NCBI GenBank assembly: GCA_030141605.1
Contig: JAQGDQ010000127.1
Coordinates: 186,001 to 250,000 of the forward strand
Direction: 5' to 3'
Length of the DNA stretch: 64,000 nt
Source of the DNA: Tubiluchus corallicola
Taxonomy: Eukaryota; Animalia; Priapulida
A model generated the notes under the pieces. It saw only the letters and a program-made list of their open reading frames with translations. It did no database searches and was not told where the DNA came from. The translations under genes and the position numbers were made by a program. This document shows positions 41,201 to 54,700 of this stretch, piece after piece. Numbering within the stretch: the first letter of the stretch is position 1; every line of letters starts with the position of its first letter.

Positions 41201-44200
41201 AACTTACTTGATGGAGTACTAATTGCACGACAGTCTGTCAGCTTAATTACTGGCTCATTAGTTAGTCTTGACCTACATTTTAATCGTACATACATTACTA
41301 TTAGAATATATTTTTAACGATTACACATACAAACAATTCATTTAATTTCTTTGTTGCTACTATTAAGAAATAATGGAAAGCAACTACTAAACAAAATGAC
41401 ACGGGGTACAAAAATATACAAAGTCTTACAAAGTATACATAGATCAGCAGCGAGTATTAAATCCCTGGCCCATTCTCACAAACTCTTGTTTGCTGAAAGT
41501 GGTTACAATGTAAAATCTATAGACAAACCAGAAAAAAAAACACGAAGAATGAGTGCATCTTTATCAGCAATTTGTTAATTATTCCAGAAAATTAATCACT
41601 GCCATAAACTTACCAAACTACAAGAAATTGTTAAGTAGATCAGTGCAAAAAAAGGATTCATTTATTTCTCTCAAGAATATGTAGGTAATATCAAGATTTT
41701 GTGCAAAAATTAAAGGTTGTTATTCTTCAACCAGAATGCAAGACATTAATAAAAAAATGTCAATTGATGCACAATGCACAAACTGGTTGCTAAATAATAG
41801 TTTTTTAATTATACAGCAACAAAATTAGTTCCCAATGCCTTAACACATAAAATTTACATATCTGATTCTTTCTAATCTATTCAGCCATTATTCATCTGGA
41901 AAGTACCTCAAGCACAACCATGAAAATGTCTCTGATTTACTGCTAAACAAATTTTAGTTGCAAATATATTGTATGGGCGGAAAAAAATAACAAAATTAAT
42001 ATACACTTGACTTTAGACTCTCACAGTATATTTCAATACATTCTCAGAGCAGAGCATGTTTGTGGGCAGCTTTCGTCAGCTAGGAATACAAAAGCATTTG
42101 ATTGGCCATTGCGAGGTGGAATGACGTCTAAAAAACCAAAATTACAAGAATTCACAGTTAAAGTATCAACACTAATAGAGTGTGTAACCATTTGTTCGTC
42201 ACTAATTTTTGTTGCCACTTTGCTGCAAAATTCCTGTTACACAACTAATTGTGTTTTTAGTATTACACAAGGGCATGTTTGATTGTTATTATACTGTAGC
42301 TAAAAGATGTACTAGAAAATAAGATTTACAGAATCAGTTGCAAAAAAAATCTGTTTACAGGAAAATTAAAACGTCTAATCTGGAACTGGTATCCAGCAAC
42401 ATAATTCAACTTAAATAAAATTTCAAAGTACCACTAATTTCAGATTCAAACAGTTTTGTCAATTGACCATAAAATCTATTCCATATAAAATTAGAGATAA
42501 AATTGCCACCTGCTGCATGCCACTGTTCATAGACTTGCTAACACTAAAAGTAAGATGTATCCTTTGCTTGCATAAATAGTAAAAAAGCTGTGTGGTTTGA
42601 AGAATATTTGGCAGTAAATTTCTTTAACACACTACTTTAGTCCAATTTGTCAAAAAATTTGGATGCACGTCAAGAAATGTTCTATAAGTGTCAAATGCAT
42701 CTTGAACCTAATACTTGACAGTTTCTTCCAAAACCAAGATGCACACAGTGGTGAATATTCATCCTTTAACACCTAACTCGGCAGTTTAATGTTCCAAGAA
42801 ATTTTTTGACTTTTTACATAAAAGTAACCTATAACTATTTTACTTACTTGAGGAAACTATGCACTAAGTCAGTAAAGTCATTATGAAATTACTACCCTAC
42901 AAAAACTACCTTTACTGGGTACTGAATTTAGTGCACTAGAATGACATTATAATTGAGAAAGTATGCTACATTCTACTGGTCAATCATTTACCAGCAACAA
43001 CATTGTTATTCTACAACTACAACAGATATTTATTTACTACATAAATTTCTGCAAAATACTTACGTTTGTGCTGGCAATGGCGTTGACTGAGTAGGAGACA
43101 AATGTTTAGATTTCGCAGAAACCCGATGGCTTGGTGAAGTAATGTGGTGACCTCGCCCTTTTTGCAAATTCAGTCGTTGCAAAGATAGTATAGCTTTCTG
43201 TGCTGATGTAAGGTAAGCAACTTCTTCCAAACTCCTGCAACAGAAATATTTTAGTTTAATGTGTCTGTGACATTTAAGTCTACCATGATTGGTGAGTTTA
43301 TTTCATATCCAAAAAGTTTTCCATGGCATGTCAAGCTCTGTAAACAACAGATATGACCGGAGCTAACAAAAAAAATTTTAAGAGCATTTTAAGAGTATTT
43401 TAGCAATTTTTTTCATTTTTATTGGAATTTTAGTTATTAAACTTACTTTGGCTACAAATAACCAAGCCACCTAAATGGAAACACAATATGCAACATCACA
43501 AATTGTCACTTTTGCCATAATTGTAATACAAATTTTTGATAATTGGATCTCATTCAGCTTTAAATTTTATTACATTCTCTAACAGTCCATGGAGCTTTCA
43601 ATTAGGACAAAAGCGAATACAGAGGAGCAAATATAGCAAAATCAAATTTGCAACATACTTACCTCGGTGTATCTCGGCCTTGAAAAGCAGCAGGAATTGG
43701 AGTCTAAAAATGGAAAAAATTTATAGCAATCATCCCCAAACAAACTACAGGGAAAAATGCAAAACCTCATCTGCTGTTAATCTATCATCAATTAAAAATG
43801 AAGGATTAATAACTACCACTTTTTTACAAATAACACACGCAGAAAAGTATGCTAAGTTAATTAATGATAAATACACAATATCAATTTTTATAGTCACCAG
43901 AAGACAATGACCTTTTTTATTACGGGGAAAGCCAGAGGTAGTATTACAAGGATTACTTTTTTCACAGATGTTGCAGGTGTAAAACAATCGCAATGTACTT
44001 CAAACACTTGCCAGAGCTATTATGAAGTTGCATTACATAGAATTCAGTACTGATAGGCTCTGACATGTAAATGCAATGTTTATGCCGTACGTGATTTTAC
44101 TCTTGTACCTTATCTATTTTAGGCACTTACAAATGTCAAACTTTACAAAAACTTGCTTTTTGTCCTAACTCATTGGTAACGTGTAGGATGCTGTGTTAGC

Positions 44201-46122
44201 GCAAAGACAATAACCCCTGTTTTAGAAGGCATATTAATACAGATATAACTGCATAGATTATTTTTCTCTAACATAATATGACAATGATATTATTACTCTT
44301 AGGTATCTTTGTGATGTTTATTTGCACTGTTGTCAATGTTGTTTGTATATTGCCTGTAAATATGTAAAACATATATGTCGGTGTTGCAAATAATTGTCTC
44401 TCTTTTTTATAGCAGTTTAACACAAGTAAGCACAAACACTCTGCAAATAATTATGATCACTATTTCCTTTATATTCACGCTTTTTTGGTTAAAAAAGAAA
44501 AAGTATTTTAGAAACTTAGGACTTTCAGAGTTTCTCCCCCTTTTAATCCAGCACCCTTTTTTCAAACTTTTATCCAATTTATCCAACATTTAGAACATTA
44601 TAGAGGCTTTTCTTCTGCTATTTGAAACACTGAAAGCAAGAGTTGATTCTTATTCCATGAAACATAGCACACACACACATGCACATGCACACGCACACAC
44701 ACACACTTAAACAAGAAATCTACTCACCACCGGGGTATCCAACTTTGGTAATGGAACTTCTCCATTTTCACGCTCGTTTTCTTCACGTTCATCATCGAAC
44801 TTTTTCAAATCAAATTCAATTTCATTTGCCAGTTGCCTGTCTGCTGACATTATATCTGGATGGACAAAAGGACAACAAACTATTTTTTCACAGTAATTCA
44901 GAATTCATGTAAAACACATTGTTAGGTTTTGACATCACTACATAAAATCATAAATGTTTGAAATTTGGCAACTAAAATTAAGTCTATTATTTAAGACTCA
45001 AAAAATTATAAATTTACAACATGTCTAGGATATACTATCACCTAGTATAATAAAGTAATTGTGTAAATTTATGGGTTTTACAGTTCACTTATTTTTGCCA
45101 TACCTAAAGAATAAAAACAAAAATAACAAAAATTGCCAGGACATTTTCAAATTTCTGTTTTTTTCAGTTTGAATGACAATAAACTAGATAATGAAAAACA
45201 CTTTCTAAACACAAACCTTTTACTTCATTTCTATAATCTTTCATGAGTTCTTTCAGGTACATCATCAGTTCACCTAGAACTGGAGATCTTTTACTTTCCA
45301 ACTGAAATAAGAACAGAGTTCAATGGTCTGATTATAAATAAAAAGCATTTAGAAACTTTGTACAAAGTTGCATGCTTAAGGTTACACAACTTTAGTATCA
45401 AGTACAATTAAACAAAGGCTAGTTTACAATACTTTTGCTTTTAAAACAAACCTGAGTTTACAATATTTTTGCCTTTGTTGTATGAACTATGGACCAGTGT
45501 AGTTTTCTTTCATCAACAAATGAGAAGATTTTAATGACAGACATAACAAAATGCCCTAATACAATTATCTCTTTACCATAAATTTAGTTCAATTTACCCT
45601 TTCACTCCCTTTGGTTGAGTGTCAATTTAGGATGACAAACAGCTAAATAAATTTGCAAGTACCTAATAATTAGCCAAAACAATAATGCAGAACAGTGTTG
45701 CAACAATAGAATGAAAGCATTTCGAATCAGGCAACATCAACCAGTCCCATGTTTGTCACGCAATGGTCACCAACACCGACAATAATTAATAACTTACATT
45801 TTAAAAAAGCCTCTATTTTATGTGAAAAGGTGGTCTGAGTTTAACCTTCATAACATAAATATCAGCGTGTACATCATAATTACACATACAATAACAAAAA
45901 CAATAAAGTGACAATATTACTGACCAAATGTTTCAGTGCAATTACAACAGGAACGATGTTTTCAATGACGTTTGTCCGCACAACTTGCGTGATGATCGTT
46001 TTCTTGGCTGTTGCCATGACAACTGCAGCCATGTCTTGTTCGTCCTGAATATCTTCTGCTGCTGGCGGTGGAGCTTTCAGAGTTGATAATTTAATTTCCT
46101 AAATAAATATTAAGTCATTTTG

Positions 46123-46160
<38 letters not shown>

Positions 46161-49100
46161 CATATATATATACGTATAAAACTATATCAAATAATATTAT
46201 TGATATATATATATAATTATGTCAATTCAACGAACACATTCACAACTTTAGGAAAAGTATTAGTTGTTAATAATAATACTACAAATATATTTACTTTACA
46301 ACATAGAATAGCCAAAGAATCTTGCAAAATTGGCAAGGAGTCTTCATTTAGAGGCATGACATTGTCGACAATGGCACCTAGCACTTCTTGTACCAATTTT
46401 GCGTTTAGCTGGAATCGTTGCTCGTCTGTCATATGCTCTAACATGAATTTGTACATCTTCATCCGTTTACTGTTGAGAAAAGCAGGATTACTGCAAGACC
46501 GCATTCAAGAAATATTTTAATGCGCTCAGTATTTGAAGAAAATCACAAGACCAGTTAATACAACTACCCCAGTTAGTAGTACTTGTTTGTAGTAGATAAA
46601 GTATACATTTACAAAAAAAACAAGAAAGTAGCATCACAGTGGTTTAAAATTACCACAGATTATCCATCATTCAATCGTGTTACTATCCATGCTAATAATC
46701 CACAATAATCCATTATCAAAATGATCCATACTGATGACCTACTTGTTCGAGCCTTGCATTTATACTTTTGCACAATTAGTAATACATAGAAAATTCTATA
46801 ATATGTTACCATTACACTTCATGGAATGTAACCTACACCTGTATCAGTCTTTATGGCTCAGGAATTTATCACTAAGTGCTCCCAGTTAATAAAAAAATAA
46901 TAAAGAAACTGAAAAGATATCTTTTAGGACACTGTTGTGTAGCAGAATTCATATATTAGTAGACACTACATTACCTATAACACTCGCCAAAGTGTTTTTT
47001 ACATTTAAATATTATACCAGAAACTTAATTAAGGATTCATAGTCATCATAATGGTATTTTCTAACTTTTTTAATTGATAAGGCAAAATTCAATTTGGCAC
47101 AACAGATCATCAAAATCCAAAATACCTCTTATATTGTGGACCTTTCAATGAAAAAAGTGATTTCTCTCTTTCACTTTGAGCAAACTTGTTATACACTGAA
47201 AGTATAAGAGGACAGAATTTGTTAAAAAATAACATGACATAAGTGTAACCAAGATAGTGTTCTTCTGAAGTTTGCCAAGGTCATAATCATAAAAGAAGAA
47301 ATCAAAATACCCATAAATCTCAAAAATTCTTTATTTTTTTAGAAGCTTTTGTCCGTCTCGACTTCATCAGCTACACAGAAATATACTATAATAAAAAATT
47401 ACATATTGAACAACACACAAAATACAATGTCATTAAAATAAAGGGTACAAAAAGCACGAAGAGGCAGAATTAAAAACTAAATTAATAGAAACAGTAAAAT
47501 TACTAATTAAGAAAACTAAATGAAAATTAAACTGACAAACATAGCTGACATCAATTAGAAATAGTTAGGATCTTGAAATGTATGACCATTGGCTTTCTAA
47601 ACATGTAGTGTAAATAACTACCAGAATCATTTCAGAATCCACAAGTGATAAAGCTTTGCAAAACATTTAAGTTCAGACTTTTTAACTCATTCATAAAAGA
47701 CGCATTAGAAGGAAAGCCCGTTCGCAAACTGATTATAACAGTCTTTCTAACAAAATCATTTCCAGTGTTGAATCAGCAACAAAAAGAGACATCCTACAGT
47801 TCTATCATTTAATAGCAACGAGGAGAAATCCGAGCTCCAGTAAATGACTAACAAAATAGTTGATCAATTTGTGCGGGACACAGCAGTCATCTATCCGAGA
47901 AATGCCAGGAAACATTACTGATGAACCAAATCACACTCTGTCAGATACTTTGTTACAATGTGTTACTATTCTTACTAAAAATACTTTGCCTTTTGGGAGA
48001 GTATCTCTGTTAAAGGAAAACTAGATGAAGGTGTAAACATTAGTTCAGAACAAAGAATGCTCTAAAATATTGAAAACTACAAAAGCTTTTTTTAAATCAA
48101 AGCTTAGATAAAATAATAGTTACCCCAGATACTCAAATTTCGTTAAACTTTCAAAGCTACGTGAATCTCGGTGAATCTACTAAGAATGTCAGTGGCGTCT
48201 TTACGTCACATTCGCATGGCCGACAAATAAAGGCGGTACCGTGATAAGCATGATCATGAACTGCAGTGTTAGTTTCTGACATCATATGATATAGAGCTCA
48301 TTTTTTGAGACATCATGTATTTAAACAGTACTGTAACACTTATGCAAATGTGTCTGATGCGCAAGGGAAGACGCCTGCCATTGCACAAACTGTGGTTAGT
48401 TTCTGATGTAAGCAATAGCTGTGTTCGGTTGCCGTTAATTACTTTCTAAGCTAATTATTCAAATATAAGGAAAAATTGTTAACTTTTATAGGCAAGAAAA
48501 TGTATATTTTGGACAGTAAATTAAAATGAGATTGAGTCTAAACAATCGTCTGGTCTTCCTTTAAGCAAGGGACCGGGTTTTGCCATTGCCAATGAAGTGA
48601 CTGAGAGAACTCTTCCAAGAGTCAACATAGGTGTGAAGAGATTGATTCATGTTGAAAATCTTTCAGAGATAATGCAGAAATTGGAGATAAGCCCACGCTC
48701 ATTCCACGTTTCCCAGACATGCTTTCTCAAGACTCTGTGGAACCAAACTTTAAAGCTCCTAAACAAGACATTGTGTATATTCACCGAAAGTTAGTGGGAA
48801 AAAGCAAAGTAACATGTCTACTCTGGAAACAAAATCCCTGGTCACACTGCAGAAAGATGAAGGTCTGGTGATAGAACCGTCTGATGAATGCAAAAGCTTC
48901 GTGGTACTGGAAAAGTCTGCATACATAAAAAAGCAATGTGTTTACTCAATGATGGCACCAGCTACCAATAATTGGATGGAGATCCAACACGTCGTGCCCA
49001 GAAACAAATTGTGGAAATGGTAAGAAGCTGTAATACAGGTATAGATAAATTTTTACTTAATGCTATAACCCCAGTTCACTCACAATGCCCTAAGCATTAT

Positions 49101-51745
49101 GGTCTTCCTAAGGACCACAAAAAGAATGTACCTCATCATCCGGTAGTTTCCACTAATGGAACTCCTTATGAAAACATTCGTGATTATTGGAGCATATTTT
49201 GCAACACTCATTGATACATGTACCATCCCATCTGTATGACATCAGGCAGTTTCTTCACAATATTCACAAACAATTTCCAAGTAGTATTTTAACAACCAGT
49301 ATATTGTTTAGTTTAGATGTGTCAGGTTAATACACAAGCATACCCATTAATGAGGGTGTTGATGCTTGTTTGAGCTTTCTTTCTATGTATCTGTCAGGTG
49401 CTAATATATTTGGGTTACATGCTCTATGGGATTATATCCAAAAGTTACATTTGGTCTGACGCTTTGTATTTTCATCAACGTAATGGGATTCCTATGGGTG
49501 ATCGTTTAGCCCCTTCCTCTGCCATAATTTTCATGCACAGTCTAAAACCTCTCATTGTCAGTCATGTCAGTATATACACCCATTTTCTGGAAATGTTATA
49601 TTGATGATATTTCGGCAGACAAAAACGGCTTTAGGTCAGAGCCAGCTGAATAGGGCCAAAAACCTTGCTAACACAGATATGGGCACCTCCAGGGGGACCA
49701 GTAAAATTACATCTATGCTGCGAAAAATTAGTACCCTTCCAAATTTAAAAAGTCAATAAAAACACAAGAACACAGCAGAAAAATTGTCAAAAAAACCATC
49801 ACAACTTAAATCTGATGATACTTCGGTTTTTCCATTTGTGAATGACTCCACTTCAGCTAAAATTCGCAAAATTGTAAAAAATCACCAGCTGAAGATAAGA
49901 GTAACTTTTCGAAACAACAATATCTTAAAAAAAACAAACATTGTAAGGTCTGCTTTACAATGTACTCCTGTTCTGCAGGCAACGTGTTCCTTGCATAGTT
50001 TGTCTTTCAAGACTTGATGGGCATTGCACTACAAAAAATGTTGTACACAAACTGCACTGTTCAGTCTGCCAGGAAATATATGTATAGGGCATGGAGCACA
50101 TACGAGACTGAAAAAATCACACTGCTGCTTCTCCATGGGGAGAACATTATAAAAACTATGACTCTTTGCCATCACTCCCTTTTAATGCATTTTTTATTTA
50201 GAGCTAAAAATCATGCAGAAAGATTATTGGCTGAAGCAAAATTGATTCACAACACAAACCTGAGATAAATATTGATAAATTGGCAAATTTTCAATTTAAA
50301 TTAAATCAATTTAATTAGACATTGGGTTTTTATGGTTTTAATCCATATATTTTTCTTTTCTTAACATATTTTCTTAATTTAAATTTGTCTTTTTTTTACT
50401 TTTTTATATTCTTTGTGGGTTTGTATTTTTTTACATATTAGTAAGCTTTATTATCTCTCATATCACTTTTATTTAACAGTTGTTCAACTAATGCACCACA
50501 GACACTTGCAAACACATTATGGCCATTAAGAGACTGGGTAGCATAATTTGGGCTTTTGACACACCACAAATGTTAAAATCTAGTCATCTGTTTCCAACTG
50601 TACACCACAAATAGTTATTTACACTATATGTTTATAGGCATACATTTGGTTATCTTTTAAGACCTTAGCTATAACGAATGAATGTCAGGTATGTTAGTTT
50701 TTAATTCAGACTCTTCATGCATTTTGTACCCTTTATTTTACGACATTGTATTTTATATGTAGTTTTATCTGTAATTTTTATTGTCGTATCTCTCTGTGCA
50801 GCTAATGAAGTCCGAGAAAGATGAAAGCTTCTGAAAATATAAACAATTTTTGAGATTTATGGGTCATATTGACTTCTTCTTTTACAATTATGAGGTAGGT
50901 GGATAAATACGTGACACTTAATAGCAAAGCGATTATACTCATATAATGTGGATGTGATTTTCACAAAACTAACTTACCATTGTGTTCTTCATATCCATTG
51001 AAATGAAAAACACATTCTATAAAGTGACTGTGAAACATAAGTGGATGTCTAGGCAGCAACAAGTGCATCAGACAAAATTCGGCTAAAAAGAAAAAATGGT
51101 GGTTAGAGTTTTAGTTGCAATACAAACAACATTTAAAAACAGATGAAATGTGAGTAAACGTGCACTCACTCGCTATTAATGGGTAGCAAAAACTTGAACA
51201 TAAAACATAGCACAAAAAGAAACAAAACAAAATAACATAATTCAGCTAAGAACTGAAAGTGGGGAAATCAATTTAATCTGTCAATCTTGAACTGTAAATG
51301 AACATTCTTTGAAGTTGCAAGCTCAAAATATTTAACAATATTTGAAGAGTTGCAATAAACCATTAACCATGATAAAACATTACATTTTCAATAAAATATA
51401 TTGGTGGAAAAAAATTCTCAGGTATTTACCAAAAGAACGTATGTCTCCATTTGTGTCAACAATAGCAGATATGTAGCGAAAAAAAAGTGCTTCTTTCCAC
51501 TTTATATAATCCTCCTATACAAGAACAGAGAAAGAACTAACATATTAGTTGTTGGCCAAACACCAAAAGTACATTATATAAAATCAATGACTCAATACAG
51601 CCTTATTGTTCTTGAGAAAAAATATGAGCAAACACATGAAAAACTTAAATTCACACGGAATTTTTTTGTTAATCATGCTATTTATTTCAAAAATATGAAG
51701 GTACCTATACATACACACGCAAGCACGCAAGCACGCAAGCACGCA

Positions 51746-51794
<49 letters not shown>

Positions 51795-54700
51795 TAGCAA
51801 ATTTTTACATTACCTGCAACAATGAGGTGAGTAACGTTAATGTTTGTTTTCTAACCAACACTGATTCATCCTTTAGGCAGGCAGCAATGTTACAAATATA
51901 TCGATCTACCAATGTTGTATACCTGTTAACAAAGCAACTTCTAAAAGCAGAGAAAACAAGGCTTTTTCAAAATTGTCAAGCACCGACTAATTAATTGAAG
52001 AAAACTTATTTATAAGAAACTGTCTCAAATATTGTGAAATAGCAGCCTGTAGTCTTTTTGAAGATAAAAAAATAACTAGTAGAAAGTGATAAACAGTGTT
52101 AATATATTTACATCAATTAAGATATAGTATATAAAGGCATTTATTTTACTAGTTTTATACAAAATTCTGTGGCACGTCTTTAAGAGCCCAAACCTTTCCC
52201 TATAATGCAAGTTTCTTTACTTGGCATTTAACGATTCTTGTCATGCAAGCACTTAATAAAAATATTTGTGTATATTAAAACATTATCAATCAATACAAAA
52301 ATTTAATCATATTAATTACCTGACGCATAAATCACTCATGATAAATATGACATTGTTGCGAATGATCGGATCAGGTGAAGTTTCTAGTTCTCGTGCCAAT
52401 GCTGCAACGCACTTCTTTGCCATATCTTCGTTTTGAAGGCACAGCTTACCTAGTTCATCCAATTAGCAAAATTAAAATAAAATATAAGAGAATAAAATTT
52501 AATGTTTGATTATGCATTTAGTTCATTATTTCTGGTGCTTTAAATTGCATTTCATATTCTAACTAAATTGAAAAATGTGTCTTATGCAAAATTTGACTGT
52601 TCAAGCAATATAGCTGATTCTACCGCCAACATTTTACTGCTTGGAAACCCGTTTAAATAACCAACTGTAGAGAAAGATGACTGCTATAATTAGTAGTTAA
52701 TAACATGCTACATCCTTTTCTAGCAGACATTTTGACTATAAGAATCTCATATTTACAACTTATACAAAATCACCAAATCTGCAAAGTACATGGCTTGCAT
52801 GGAAATTTCAATTAGAAAAATAAGAAGCATAATTAAAATATTAATTATCACAAATCACTATGTGGGTGCCGACTTTGCTGTTGAGTCTCAAATAATCAGA
52901 AACCTGAATAAAAGTTTGCAAGCATTGGCATTTTGCATAAAATTTGGTACAACTGATTCTGTACACAATCACTTCAAACAACCATCATCAGCTTCATTTG
53001 ATAGAGTAAGAAGCAAGAAGAAATAAATTCAACTGCATTTGTAGCGAAGAATATTTCTTGTTTGCTTGGAAAACCAAATAACAAAAAATCTGAATTTACC
53101 GAGTGTAATAAACGCATGAGCACGAATTTTTGGTCCCATCTTTGATCCTTTGAACTGGCTAATTGGTGTCTGTGATAAAGGTTCTTGTGATGGTGGCAAT
53201 CCTGCAGCTAAAATGTAATTATTTATAACAATCAGAAATGCAATACTCAAAATACCAAGAAAAACACAACTGTAATTTGTAACTTTTTTTAAAAAAAATT
53301 GCATCAACATTGTAATATGTTTACCATTATCACTGATAACTGGACTGGCAATGAGGCTCTGAACCAGCATGAACATCCGTTTTGGTACTTTAGCGGGTAC
53401 TAACTGAAAAAAGTAAATACGAAACAGTTTAATATTACAAAAACTATAATGATTTGAACAGATGTAATGATGTGTTAGATTCTATCATTTGTCTTGAAGA
53501 TGTCATTCAAAATATAAAACAGAAAGCCACCAACCTGTGAAATCTCTCCAAAAGTAAAGAGATGAGCAATCACCGCATCCTCATCAATACCTACATTTGG
53601 GTCCTCATTTAATATTAAATTTGACAAATAGGTATTGCTGGTTTCTAGTAAATCCACACACCACTGTTGTATGCGTTTGTGAGCTGTACTTTTGGCATGC
53701 ACAAGATAAATCTGAAAAACAGCAAGTTAGGAAATTTTGCACTGAATCTGTCAAAGCTCCTGAGAAGTGAGGATAGGCTTCACTTTGTTGAAAAATTACA
53801 TTGTCAATAGTGAGAACAGTGTAGTCTAGTTCACATGCTGCTCTAGATTTCTGCTGTGCATTAGTTAGTGATCCAACAAGCTCTTGCGCTGCGCGATCTT
53901 GCACTTGTACGCGAATGTTACTGTCCTTACAGTAAAAATAGCGACCCAGCTAAAATTTAAATAATAAAAAATTCTTCAAGTCTGCTTTTGACTCATGCCA
54001 AAGCTTATAGGTGCAGATCATATCTAAAAAAATGATAATTTATTTTTGAAATATTTAGTTATCATAGCCATTGTCATTGCGTGACTTCTTCTTGATATAT
54101 TTCACACTTTTGATGCTTCACAAGATTAAAACTCGAAAAAAGAAATGCTCATTCTAGAAGTATTCTGCCACTACTATTGTATGCTCTACTATACTGTCTT
54201 ATTGTAATCATTCAAGCCAAATGAAAGCTTCTATGGTTCACATAACAATTTACGATGGAAAGCAAAGGCTATTATGTTGAAAACTAATTATAATCAGTTT
54301 ATCTGACATAATCTGCAGCTAATATCCTAGCAAAAACCTGAAAACAGTAATTTTCATTTCTTAGTATGCTCCCTATTACTTATGTTAAATGGTTTATTCA
54401 GGAAAAGTTGTATTAAATAAAGGCTAATACCCACATTAACAAGTTGCATTACTAACAAGTACACTGTCAGTTAGTGAGTTACTCAGTTACTGAAAATGCT
54501 TATTCTAGCATAGATGGTCTATTTAGGTTTCACATACTGCAAGAAACATATACCTTGTATAAAGTTGTAACCATTTCTGAGATTAGTTGGGGTTCACTGT
54601 CAAAGCTTGCAAGTTTACCCTGCAAATGAGCTATGAATTCTGATTGTGTCTCAAGTGAGAGGGTGTGTGCCAGGTTTCCTATTACATGCAGTACCTTCTG

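Larger units (their letters stand above)
47281..50893 (+). mobile_element. Decayed Penelope-like retroelement (RT plus GIY-YIG endonuclease) with inverted pseudo-LTRs, inside an NCAPD3 intron; ORF antisense to the host gene
   Basis: Frameshifted motifs in PLE order over 48560-50270: LSKGPGF; [20 protein letters not shown] (the DKG motif region); [18 protein letters not shown]; FSLDVSG*YTSIP; [13 protein letters not shown]; YIDDI; [12 protein letters not shown]; [16 protein letters not shown]; RLLAEAKLI. About 200-bp inverted repeats at 47281-47480 and 50694-50893. Confidence 0.88.

Noticed and set aside
42033-42233. Exon-like ORF in an NCAPD3 intron
   Set aside because: Its phase is incompatible with the flanking phase-2 junction (stops appear); exon 43234-43064 joins 41272-41208 cleanly.
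51401-51994. 197-aa plus-strand ORF
   Set aside because: It is antisense to two NCAPD3 exons and runs through a microsatellite; no recognisable domain.
53712-53949. Open frame LGRYFYCKD...QDRAAQEL after an acceptor-like site; possible extra NCAPD3 exon
   Set aside because: There is no convincing in-phase donor, and the flanking exons already join in frame with CAP-D3-like sequence.
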